This document shows, one piece after another, positions 1 through 11,323 of a stretch of 64,000 nucleotides of DNA. Position 1 is the first letter of the stretch. Every line of letters starts with the position of its first letter. Both the position numbers and the translations under genes were made by a program. Source of the DNA: Octopus sinensis. Lineage: Eukaryota. Location: the NCBI RefSeq assembly GCF_006345805.1, contig NC_043002.1:102238001-102302000 (forward strand), read 5' to 3'. The notes beneath the pieces are model-generated. The model did no database searches. It saw only the letters and a program-made list of their open reading frames with translations, and had not been told where the DNA came from.

Positions 1-46
1 TTCTAAATGTTTTACGTTCTTGTCCCAGTTGTATTTTTTTACATTT

Positions 47-93
<47 letters not shown>

Positions 94-915
94 ATATAAT
101 GCTGTGGGGTCTATTTGCTCGCGCATAGTCATAGACACACACGATCACACAAACACACACACTCACACATATATATATATTCGCAAGTTTACCAAACTTT
201 TGCTCGTGATAAAGTCTATATCACGAAAGGTATTCTAATGTAATTAACACCTTCGACTGAATTCCTGGCAATTGTATCTCAGCCTTATATATAAAAACAA
301 AATTTCAAGCAATATCTACTAAATACAATGTTCAGTATGTGTTTATTTGTTAGAGATTTCATTCCGTCAGTGTAGATCAGTTATTTTCATCAAATAACAA
401 GATGTACGTCTGTCTCTCATCTCTCCATTCTCCACGTGCGTTACACATTTCAATACGAGGACATATCAACTAGCTCGACATTGATATTGATAGCAATGAC
501 AGCAACCCTCGAAGAATGCACTTCACTCATACATCTGTCACAACATGACTGTTAAACACTGTCAAAATGATTGAATCTCTTGGCCACCAAGTGAGCAAGC
601 AAGCAGCAAGTCGCTGCCTCTATTGTGGCTGTCTTGTCAACAAGATATTTTGATCGAAGTCGGTGATGGAGTGGTCTACATAGGTTTTGCAGCTATTTAA
701 TGTTCATGCTGAGAGAAAAATATATCTGAATAGCACACACACTCATATTACAAATGTGCATTTATGTACATACGTATATATACGCATAAATATGTATTTG
801 TACTTTTATATCTATCTATACACACACAGACACACAGGTATATATATATATATTGATAGTAGGATAGATATGTGTGCATGACTGTGTATATTTAGGTATA
901 TAAATATAAATATGC

Positions 916-950
<35 letters not shown>

Positions 951-1068
951 TAAATAAATAAATGGAGTTTAACGCAGGTGTAAATCAAATATTTTTACTT
1001 TCGACGCATGTTTCGAAAATTCCACTGATACACTCATCTATATATATAAACACATATAAGCACATACA

Positions 1069-1117
<49 letters not shown>

Positions 1118-1427
1118 GTATATATATGTATAAATATGTACGTGTGTGTGTACAATTTTACACGCAAGAAGACATCTTCAGAGATTCATAGTTTTGCATA
1201 CACACATATGCATTAGTTAATTTGTTTCAATGCATTCGTAGTTTATATAGAGTTAACAAAACAATTTCAAATATCTTCGTAAGGTCGTAATACATTGCTC
1301 TTAAAAAGGTTACACTGGTACAAGATTTTCAATGCATCTTTATTCCCCTCCATACTTGAAATGTACTGGCATATGCATGCGTATTTATAGGTGACCTATA
1401 AAATTTCATTCGTGCTATATATATATA

Positions 1428-1465
<38 letters not shown>

Positions 1466-1740
1466 GTTCGCTTTATAACGAAGCCTATTAGAAGTACCCA
1501 TTGTGGATTTTGTAATCGATGCATTCGAAAGAAAAGAACTGATTTCATAAAAGATAAATTTCATTTATTTCAAGGCATTTTACGTTGTCTTATTGCAATA
1601 ATAATCGTCTTATTTACGATTGAAACATGTTCTATATTTTGATAATAATTTAAATATCTTCTTCCTTTTATTGAGGATAGAGTTCTCAGAGTATATTCTT
1701 AGTTTCGTTTCTCAATACACGCATATAGTCATACATATAT

Positions 1741-1828
<88 letters not shown>

Positions 1829-1936
1829 GTCTCTATATATACATGCGTATGCTAATATCGAACGGTGAGTATGTGCGCTCAATAACTCATTCGTGTAACC
1901 CTGTGTATTCTTAGCCAAAATCGAAACGAATCCCAT

Positions 1937-2751
1937 ATGACACGGTTAAACAATTGGGAGCATCCCTTCACAAGAAACCGTTGGTTGCCTTCTGAACTTA
2001 CAAATAACATATATTGTATCTGGGGAGAGTCATATTGTGTTTATGCGATATTATCTAACACAGAGTCTCCGCTGTGTCGTAACTGTAACAGGATGGATCA
2101 ATCCCTTGCCAATATCACGAACGAATACCCTAGATTTGCTGCAAACCACTGCAAGTTGTGACGACCAGGTAGCAAAAGTGCTACATTGATAATTGTGCGA
2201 AAAGTGGAGGCTAGAGAGAGTCCCGACATGTTTTGAGCACAAACCACAGGGAGTGGCGGAATCGGAGATTAGAAAAATCCTCTGGGATTTCCGAATCCAA
2301 ACAGATCATGTGATAGAACATAAGGTGCCGGATGTAGTTGTGGTGGGCTACGTGCACCACAAGCTGTATAGTTGATGTTGCATGCCCCTTTGACCCACGA
2401 ATATTCAAGACAGAAGGTGAAAACTTAGATAGATACATAGATACAACCTTATGTACGAAATAGCTCGGTTCTGGAAAAAGGAGACGGTGAAGATAGTACC
2501 AATTATTGTTGGGCCCTTGGGAACAATATCAGAAGTCACCAAGTGGAATATAAAGGAAACTGGAATAGAGTACCTAATAGAAATGTTACTAAAGTTTTGC
2601 CTCTTTGGCACGGCTATAATAATCAGGGAAGTGTTAGATACCTGGAAAGAATGGATAGCATGGTAACGCAGATTGCAGGTAGTAAGACCACTACGCATGC
2701 GAGACTCCAGGAGCTCCAAGAAAACCTGTCATAAAGAGAAAAATAATAATA

Positions 2752-2785
<34 letters not shown>
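1937..2785 (+). mobile_element. Decayed 3' end of an R4/Dong-like non-LTR retrotransposon (CCHC zinc knuckle + restriction-like endonuclease) with (TAA)n tail
   Basis: Broken frames give PLCRNC..., FEHKPQGVAESEIRKILWDFRIQTDHVIEHKVPDVVVV and YEIARFWKKETVKIVPIIVGPLGTI...LFGTAIIIREVLD, the HKP / WDFxIQTD / PD-IVV / GALG signature of RLE-type LINEs; TAA repeats follow at ~2742-2785. Confidence 0.85.
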
Positions 2786-2787
<2 letters not shown>

Positions 2788-2942
2788 TGCAACAAATAAA
2801 TCATATAGCAATTATTCATCCTGCTCTTCTATCCATCATCATCATCATCGTCATGATCAGCGACGACATCATCATGATCATAATGACTAACATCAACACC
2901 TCCTCCAGTACCACCAACACTACAGCCCCATAATCATCATCG

Positions 2943-3015
<73 letters not shown>

Positions 3016-3068
3016 TAGTAGTAGTAGTGGTAGTAGTGGTAGTAGTAGTAGTAGTGGTAGTAGTAGTG

Positions 3069-3111
<43 letters not shown>

Positions 3112-3150
3112 TAGTAGTAGTAGTAGTAGAGGTGGTGGTGGTGGTGGTAT
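2742..3150. repeat. Compound trinucleotide microsatellite (AAT)n-(ATC)n-(ATT)n-(AGT)n-(GGT)n
   Basis: Read directly; accounts for the poly-T/poly-L/poly-Y ORFs in the track. Confidence 0.95.
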
Positions 3151-3695
3151 GAACTGATTTTGCATTTTTTGTAGCATGAAGTAGGCAGTTGAAATAAGAA
3201 ATATAACCCAAGACATAACATCATATGATAGATTGCAGTCAATTCATTCTCTCTTACCTGTTTGTGTCTGCCTTCCAAATGCTGTTTTTACTGAGATCTC
3301 CTTTTTAGTAGAAGAAATAGCTATAAACCTTTGACTGCTATTTCTAAATTCGGTATGTGGTAAGGCAACTCGTTGCTAAACCCTTATGCTTAGTATTACT
3401 TAAATTTTCCTCGAATGAGGCTTTTACATGCCGAAGACTACTTGGTGTAATTGATAATTTTTCCAAATTAATTAATTTCACCCTTCATTATTACGGATAA
3501 CCATATTTTATCTCAGTAGATGACCACAGCATCTTGTTTTGGCTACACGCGGGTGGGAAGGGGCTGTTGACACAATCGTTTCATTCACAAATTGATTTCG
3601 GTGATACCAGTTGCGGATTCTAGCTCGCTCTGATACTGAGTGGAGTTGGTGCCTTCTGGTATCTCAAAATTCAATATATAATCATTTATGATTAT

Positions 3696-3819
3696 AGTAT
3701 TCTACGCTGAAGAGAAAAGAAGTTTCGGTAAGATAGAATTATTTATTATTTAATATTTAATATTTAATTCTTATGCTTTCCTTAAAACTTGATTTCGAAA
3801 CGTACGTCCGTGGATAACT
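3696..3819 (+). ncRNA. Type I hammerhead ribozyme, copy 1
   Basis: Stem I TCTACG(3701-3706)/CGTGGA(3809-3814); core CTGAAGA 3707-3713; stem II GAAA-AG-AAGTTT (3714-3725)/AAACTT-GA-TTTC (3785-3796); GAAA 3797-3800; C-GTAC-G-TC; predicted cut after C3808. Confidence 0.8.
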
Positions 3820-4300
3820 AAAAAAATGTATGATAGATTGCAGTCAATTCATTCTCTCTTACCTGTTTGTGTCTGCCTTCCAAATGCTGTTTTTACTGAG
3901 ATCTCCCTTTTTAGTAGAAGAAATAGCTATAAACCTTTGACTGCTATTTCTAAATTCGGTATGTGGTAAGGCAACTCGTTGCTAAACCCTTATTGCTTAG
4001 TATTACTTAAATTTTCCTCGAATGAGGCTTTTACATGCCGAAGACTACTTGGTGTAATTGATAATTTTTCCAAATTAATAATTCACCCTTCATTATTACG
4101 GATAACCATATTTTATCTCAGTAGATGACCACAGCATCTTGTTTTGGCTACACGCGGGTGGGAAGGGGCTGTTGACACAATCGTTTCATTCACAAATTGA
4201 ATTCGGTGATACCAGTTGCGGATTCTAGCTCGCTCTGATACTGAGTGGAGTTGGTGCCTTCTGGTATCTCAAAATTCAATATATAATCATTTATGATTAT

Positions 4301-4422
4301 AGTATTCTACGCTGAAGAGAAAAGAAGTTTCGGTAAGATAGAATTATTTATTATTTAATATTAATATTTATTCTTATGCTTTCCTTAAAACTTGATTTCG
4401 AAACGTACGTCCGTGGATAACT
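4301..4422 (+). ncRNA. Type I hammerhead ribozyme, copy 2
   Basis: Same core and stems: CTGAAGA 4312-4318, GAAA 4400-4403, CGTACG-TC, predicted cut after C4411. Confidence 0.8.
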
Positions 4423-4600
4423 AAAAAAATGTATGATAGATTGCAGTCAATTCATTCTCTCTTACCTGTTGTGTCTGCCTTCCAAATGCTGTTTTACTGA
4501 GATCTCCCTTTTTAGTAGAAGAAATAGCTATAAACCTTTGACTGCTATTTCTAAATTCGGTATGTGGTAAGGCAACTCGTTGCTAAACCCTTATTGCTTA

Positions 4601-4646
<46 letters not shown>

Positions 4647-5677
4647 TTAAGAATATCAGCCCTATAATTATATCCTTTTCTAACAGTGTAAAGACACATT
4701 AACTTACACATGCTTACATACATGCATACATATAGACACATGTATATAGATACAACCATATACACATATATATTTACTCACAGGTAGGCTATAAAGATAT
4801 GTATGTGTGAGTGTGTGTGTATAACATTTTATATTATGTTTAAAACTATAGCAACGAAATAAAACGCCTATTTTGTTGTTGTTTTTTATAGCCGTTACAG
4901 TTTATTATTTCAAAAATATATCAAGAAGTCAACACCTCCACCAAAAAGAAATGGAGAATGAAATAGCAATACAAACAGACTTATATCTCTGTGATTCTGT
5001 GATGTTTATGTTTTCTACCTTAACTCATAATATCCAGCGAAAGGAAGCAATTTGCAAATAACTCGGTTCTAACATATAATTATCAACCCGAACCACATAC
5101 AGACGGACGCACTGAAATGCTTAAGCGTGCATACTTGTACATATATACACACACGGTGTACACCCAACACACATTTAAAACACTTACACACTGACTCTTA
5201 TATTCGCTCACATACACACAAATACATACAGTCGCTCACTTGTACTGTTAAATATACATGCATAAATATAAAAAATTCTTGAAGTTCTCGACATAAATTA
5301 CGTAAATAACGTAAGGTTTATCACTTCCTATGTCTAGCCTCTTTTTCTCAGTTTAGCACCTATATAATCAATCTATTTTCCCCAAGATGTTCATCTCTTT
5401 CTATCCATCCATCAATCTATGTTTTTGTCTATCTGTTGACTTATCTGCCTATGTATGGAAACAATATCTATCTATATATTTTTCATCCATCTATTTACCT
5501 ATCGTATCCAACACGTAGGCCGAGATTACCTTAGAGAGCATCTCAAACACCATTAAAACTCACAAACAGAAATACCCTTCTGAAACCAATAATTTTTCCA
5601 ATCACTATTCCACTCACACAATTACCATACGTCTTCACAGAATCTTTAAAGGTGTACACCAAAGAGATGTTCTTTAG

Positions 5678-5779
5678 AAATTCTACAAGAAATCCCTCAA
5701 GAAAAGGCGAAAATTTGACAACATTGCCTCTACGGATGCAGAAAACATATTTACCAATGATTGTGGGAAGGAAATACAG
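5678..5779 (+). CDS. Candidate isolated coding exon, product unknown
   Basis: TTCTTTAG acceptor, 102-bp phase 0-0 open segment KFYKKSLKKRRKFDNIASTDAENIFTNDCGKEIQ, then CAG|GTATTA. No homologue recognised. Confidence 0.15.
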
Positions 5780-6249
5780 GTATTATATTTAACACGGTCT
5801 TTCTCTCTCTCTCTCTCTCTTTCTCTGTCGTCATATATATATATATATATAATTAAAATATAGCAGATAATATGCAAAATTTAAAATCGTTTCCAAAATC
5901 TCTGATAGGCATTACAAAGAATATTTCCTTAGTTTTCCACGAAGCAATTTTTAAACGAATATAAGAGAGTGACAGCACCGTTCCAGACAGCAACATATTT
6001 GTGGTGTCTGGAACTGAAAACGTGTCTATTCCTAAACATAATAAACATAACATAGGTGCGGGCATGGCTGTGTGGTTAGGAATCTCGTTTTACAGCCACG
6101 TGATACCGCGTTCTGTGTGTGTGCGTGTGTGTGTGTGTGTGTGCTTGCGCGCGCGTGTGTGTGTGTGTGTTTGTCCCACACTAATCCTTGACATCGGGTG
6201 TTTGCTTATTTCCCAGATCGGGTAAAAAGACATTACTAGCACAAATACC

Positions 6250-6481
6250 TATTTCTTTATTACCCACAAGGGGCTAAACACAGAGGGGACAAACAAGGAC
6301 AGACATAGGTATTAAGTCGATTATATCGACCCCAGTGCGTAACTGGTACTTAATTTATCGACCCCGAAAGGATGAAAGGCAAAGTCGACCTCAGCGGAAT
6401 TTGAACTCACAACGTAACGCAGACGAAATACCGCTAAGCATTTCGCCCGGCGTGCTAACGTTTTTGCCAGCTCGCCGCCTT
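6250..6481 (-). mobile_element. tRNA-derived SINE, family 1 (head GGCGGCGAGCTGGCA), with 17-bp TSD
   Basis: Reverse complement of the copies at 16871 and 57741; TTACTAGCACAAATACC at 6233-6249 and 6482-6498; sits inside an older, decayed family-2-like SINE (~6055-6600). Confidence 0.9.
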
Positions 6482-7659
6482 TTACTAGCACAAATACCAA
6501 ACTACGAAGTAAATTCTGGGGCGGTTTGTTCGACTAAACACTTTAATTGGTTGCTTCAGCATGGCCGTAATCTAATTACTGACTCAAGTAAAAGATAAAT
6601 GATAAACGGCAAGGGATAATCTATAGAATAAAAATAAGCAACGTTGATGATATGTTCATTGTGATGCCATAATAAATCGTTTCATCCATTGAAGACGCAA
6701 GATTTAAGCACGAAACGCTTTTAAGAGATTTCAATAATACGTCCATCTTAAAATTTGCAATTCAACATAATTCTGGAGTTCGGTCATAGCACAGTTCTTC
6801 TTTCGAATAGAATCGCTGGAATAATGAAGAACCCGTATAACAACTTCTTATACAAAACAAAATCATAATACTAAAAACGAATCGAGTCTATTCGCTGGCG
6901 TAACGTGAGGTGATCACCATAGTCATCGATGACCTGCAAGCAAATCTCTTACGAAGCTATCATTTAACGTTCAGCGTTCAGATTACTCTGCTAAATGCAG
7001 AATCCATTTATTTCCATTCATTTCATTGATTCATGATTTATCTTGTTGCTTCAAAATTTCAATGATGTGCTGTTCGTTTATTTCTTGAATGAATTTTCTT
7101 CGTAGGAGTGAAAAACTGGATGTTTGCTTATTTGAACATAAAACTGGTACAAAACGTGCGCCGGATATGCTCAAGTTGAATGCTAAAGAGTAAAACAATC
7201 ACCAAAACTTTACGACGTAAATTAGAAATACGTTGATATAACAAGATGTCAACAAGAAAACCTAAGAAAGTCAGTTAACCCAACCTGTAGCAATGTTATT
7301 CGGCCCCGTAAATACATACAAATCTCATACATATAGTACGCCACCTGTACTAAATGCATTATAATTAAAGACTAGAAGAATATGCCACTGAAAAACAAAC
7401 AAATTACAAACACATATCGCACCACAAATTAACGGAATACATTTGTAGAAAATTTAAGAATTAAAGAAAATATACTTAATTACCACGAAACTGGATGTAT
7501 GCAAGTTAACCGGGTATAATTTATAAAACAATTTTATTCAGAAATATTACTATAAACAAGGAAATTTTATTCATGGCTGAAAGTACATTTATTTCATCGG
7601 TTTACAACGATTTTATACCTTCGGGCCAACACAATGCATTATGATAGATTGATAGATAA

Positions 7660-7900
7660 AAATGGAACAAAATAAGTCCCAGCAAAGACATTTGTTGATA
7701 AAACTGCCATGGTGCATATGTTTTCACATAAGAAATAAAAGAAAACTTAGATTTGCTGTAGAAGCTTTATTAATTCCAAAATGCAAGAAAAGAATCCTAT
7801 CAGCAAACCGAAATCCAGCAAATATGAAGGATTTAGTTGTTAAAAAAAAAAATTCATTCCAGCAAAGACGATCTCATTAGTTACGTCATTGTTCTATTGA
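7660..7900 (+). mobile_element. Possible decayed Penelope-like ORF fragment (RT-to-endonuclease linker)
   Basis: KRILSANRNPANMKDLVV resembles the YRRxxNL+DLLV linker motif of Penelope-like ORFs; nothing else diagnostic. Confidence 0.3.
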
Positions 7901-8519
7901 TTCCAAGTTTGGTATAACTGAACATAACAGCAATACCTAGCTGTCAAAAGAAGATGGGGAGCCCTTAAAGCCTCGAAATTGTCGGATAATTAAAACTAAT
8001 TATGGAAGGTAACAAAAAGAAAAAAAAAATAACACAAAAGACCTTTCACGGAAATATATCGTGTTTCAAGTATTTAAATACATGCAGAGAGGCTTTTTTT
8101 TTTTGGTGGTGGTGGTGGGGGTTCTTTTTTCCGTTTTTACTTCAGCTCTATTTTTCATAAATACGGCTCGTTGCTTTCCACGATTAATGGGAGACCGATA
8201 ATACAACATTTCTCGGAAGGGGACGCCGGACTGTTGTACGGTTCAACAACAGCAATATTGAGGCGATAGGAAAATTGCGTCGACACGACTGATTGTTGCA
8301 TATATAAACCTCCCTCCCCCACCCAGTGGAATGTCAAGCCATTATTTGAACTCCGAACATAACCGGAAGAAATGACACTTAGCAATTATAAATGACGAGC
8401 TGACGATTCTTCCGGATTGGCACCATAAACGTTCACAGGCACACCTATAGATATTCGCATACAGGCTGTGTATATAAACATATACATATTTTGGGTATAC
8501 GTGATAATCTATATATGTT

Positions 8520-8915
8520 CTTTTATTCCTTTATTCTTTCACTTGTTTCAGTCCTTTCACTGCGGCCATGCTGAAGCCCTACTTTTAGTCGAGCAAATCG
8601 CCCCCAGGATTAAATCCTAGTGTATATCGGTCTCTTTTGTCGAACCGCTATGTTACGGGGACGTAAGCACACCAGTGTTGGTTGTAAAGCGATGTTGAGG
8701 AGACAAGCACAGACACAAACATATACACACACATACACACACACATATATACATATGTACGACGGGTTTCTTTCAGACTCCGTCTACCAAATCCACTCAG
8801 AAGGCTTTGCCCGACCCGAGGCTATAGTAGCAGTCACGTGCCTAAGGTGCCACGCAGTGGGACTGAACGCGGGGCCATGTAGTTGGTAAGCATACAACTT
8901 ATCACAAGCCACTCC
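8520..8915 (-). mobile_element. tRNA-derived SINE, family 2 (head GGAGTGGCTGTGTGGTAAG, internal TA/CA tract)
   Basis: Reverse complement matches the copies at 48013, 58149-58555 and 62165; 3' end CAGCATGGCCGCAG...CTGAAACAAGT. Confidence 0.85.
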
Positions 8916-8921
8916 TTCGCC

Positions 8922-8949
<28 letters not shown>

Positions 8950-8953
<4 letters not shown>

Positions 8954-9095
8954 ATACAAACATGAACAAAGAGAAAACACAACAACGCGAGGACGTGAAA
9001 CAAGTATAGTGTTATTGGAGCGGAGCTCTTCGTCAAGAACATAGAAAAAGGAGAGGTCCAAGGAAGTGAAGACGGAGAAAGAAAACCGCCAACTA
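8950..9095 (-). repeat. Short repeat with GAGCTCCGCTC hairpin (same family as 49680-49875), internally deleted
   Basis: Reverse complement TTGACGAAGAGCTCCGCTC-CAATAACAC...GTCCTCGCGTTGTTGTG matches the 49680 copy minus its GAAACG...GAGCGTC segment. Confidence 0.7.
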
Positions 9096-9150
9096 TACAC
9101 ACGCGGTCACATAGTGAATGACAATATTGAATAAAGTGTGTATAAGTATG

Positions 9151-9191
<41 letters not shown>

Positions 9192-9239
9192 GTAGGTCTG
9201 CAAGTATATATGCATGTATGTATGTATATCTATCTATAT

Positions 9240-9506
9240 AAATGTTAAAGACCCCTTTTGAATGGGCATCGGATTGGACCCTGGAAGTTCCCATCTGAAG
9301 TCCCAGTAAGATAGTTTATGGAAGACCAGCAGTCGCCCATGCGTACCAAACTCCACCGATGTTATCCAAAGGAAAGGCAAAAGCCGATACAGCTTGGCAC
9401 CAGTGACATTGCAACACATTTCTACAGCTGAGTAAACAGGAGGAACGGGAAAAAATTGTCTTGCTGAAGAACACAACACTGCTCGGACTGGGAATCGAAC
9501 TCACTA

Positions 9507-9510
<4 letters not shown>
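9240..9510 (-). mobile_element. tRNA-derived SINE, family 4
   Basis: B-box-like GAGTTCGATTCC on minus, then GTGTTGTGTTCTTCAGCAAGACA; related to the 10040-10325 and 32685-32960 copies. Confidence 0.7.
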
Positions 9511-9563
<53 letters not shown>

Positions 9564-10039
9564 AGTGTCTTCATCTTTTCGTGCGAATGTGTGTTTGTCA
9601 ACTAAACATCTTTTTCTTTGTTTACAGTTTTGCAACATGTTCACTCGCTGCAAAAGTTCATACGAGTTAAATGGTATTTGAAAAATTATTAATGTAAGGA
9701 AAATGTTTTTGGTAACTCCGTGAAAGAATTTCTTCAAATGTCTTCGAGGTTAGGCTTAATCTATTGAACAAAATGTACTGCCTTCCTTCCTTTGTATGGA
9801 ACCTCTTAACATACAAAGTAATTTTCCCGGAAATATCACCTGGAAAACATTTTCTATTTGCAGTTCTTTACAGGATGAGGTTTTGATCTGTAATTTATTA
9901 AATGTTATTTTCTATTATTTTCCCTTGCTTAAAGTGTTTACATAAATGTCACCATAATTTCATCGTTTTTTTTTCCTTTCTAATTCAGTGTTTGAGGAAG
10001 TTTAATTTATCTTGCGATAGACGAAGCTTTGGCAGGTTC

Positions 10040-10325
10040 ATTAAAGCAATGGACAGAAGTATTTGTGCCGTTGATTATGTCTCTCTGTCCAATCTGCGTT
10101 CAAATTTCGGCGAGGCTAACGTTGGTCTTCATTTCGAGACAACACACGTATTTAGAGTCACTGAGGTGCGGCGGATTAGCAGCATTGCTAAGATTTCTAC
10201 GGCTGAGTGAACAGGAGGAACGGGGGGAAATGTCTTGCTGAAGAACACAACACAGCTCGGTCTGGGAATCGAAATCACTACCTTGTGATTGTGATCCCGA
10301 CGCTCGAACTACTGAGCCATGCGTT
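10040..10325 (-). mobile_element. tRNA-derived SINE, family 4-related
   Basis: Shares GCTGAGT.AACAGGAGGAACGGG...TGTCTTGCTGAAGAACACAACAC...GGGAATCGAA with the 9240 copy. Confidence 0.65.
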
Positions 10326-11117
10326 CTTCACTCTCTCTCTTCCGTCTCCCCCTCTATCTCTATAAAGAGGTAAGTGGTAGTATCTCTTCCGATCTCGATG
10401 ATACTGATACCCAGAGGTCTAGGAATTCCCTTTCCTCTAGATCATGCTGCTGGCACAGGAAGCGGTGTTCACTCATGCGCATCTAGTGCGTCTCCGTAAG
10501 AGGACTTGGGAAATGTCCGTAGCAGCTGTTTAGTGTCACGTAATGAGCGGAGCTTTTATTTACCCATAGAATATAGATTTCTAATATTGATACAATCTTG
10601 TTTCTGTTATTCTTGTTGCATGACACCCAGCCCATTCAAAGGCGTTCTCTATCTTTGGTATATTAAGAACAGTAACAATATAGTCCCGATATTGTTTTAT
10701 AGTTCTTAAGCGTGTGATTTGTAGGTGACTAGGCTGTTATATTTTTCAACGTCAATTGTCCTAGTACAACATTGTTCAGTTAATATACAATATCTCAGGT
10801 AATAGTGGATGGGATGTTTTCTGCGTGAATGGTAATTTTCGTTGATGACATCGTAGTGGGTTGATGTAGCTGTAATGCTTCGTATAGCGGCAGGTATAAG
10901 TTTGATCATTTAACGCATTCGAGAAACATAGCAAGCTAATATAAATAAGAACTGAATAATTTAAAGTTTTGAGATTTTTAGATTTCATCTTTTGTGTTTA
11001 CGATGTCAAAAACAAGTGAAATCTATTATATTAGGACAATTGAATGAAGAAAAACCATAACATGAAGTACGATGAAGTCACATCCATTATTCGACGAAGC
11101 TAGTGATGGTGTATGCT

Positions 11118-11323
11118 GTTGTTGTTGTTGTTGTTAAGCAACAAGACGGGTAAGGGTGATTAGGTGATGGTCTAGGGCTTAGGGTCGGGAGACCCCAGAC
11201 CTTGGAAAAAAATTCGGTCGTTTTGTTGTAGTCGAGGGCTCTTCGTTGACACCCGACACCACTTGGAGGTCGCCCTCAAAGTCGTTGGAAATGGACATCT
11301 CTAGGTCCAAATTCTTGGACGGC
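11118..11323 (-). mobile_element. 206-bp GC-rich retroposed insertion with (AAC)n tail and 12-bp TSD
   Basis: ATGGTGTATGCT at 11106-11117 and 11324-11335; (GTT)n at the left end is an (AAC)n 3' tail on minus. Confidence 0.75.

Larger units (their letters stand above)
3224..4603 (+). repeat. Head-to-tail tandem repeat, ~603-605 bp unit, ~2.3 copies, each full unit carrying a hammerhead ribozyme (retrozyme / non-autonomous Penelope-like)
   Basis: TATGATAGATTGCAGTC starts at 3224, 3829 and 4432; copies differ mainly by 1-bp indels; the third copy ends in (TA)n at ~4603. Confidence 0.92.

Noticed and set aside
3224-4603. CRISPR-like or satellite interpretation of the 603-bp repeat
   Set aside because: No short repeat/unique spacer pattern and eukaryotic context; dispersed partial copies and the ribozyme fit a retroelement better. 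True copy number is uncertain because differences between units look like long-read indel errors.
9902-10241. 102-aa and 70-aa ORFs with ordinary composition
   Set aside because: Largely overlap a minus-strand SINE; chance open frames.
10441-10495. Possible 55-bp plus-strand exon (CCTCTAG ... CC|GTAAGA)
   Set aside because: Splice motifs alone, two open frames and no recognisable peptide; too weak to call.
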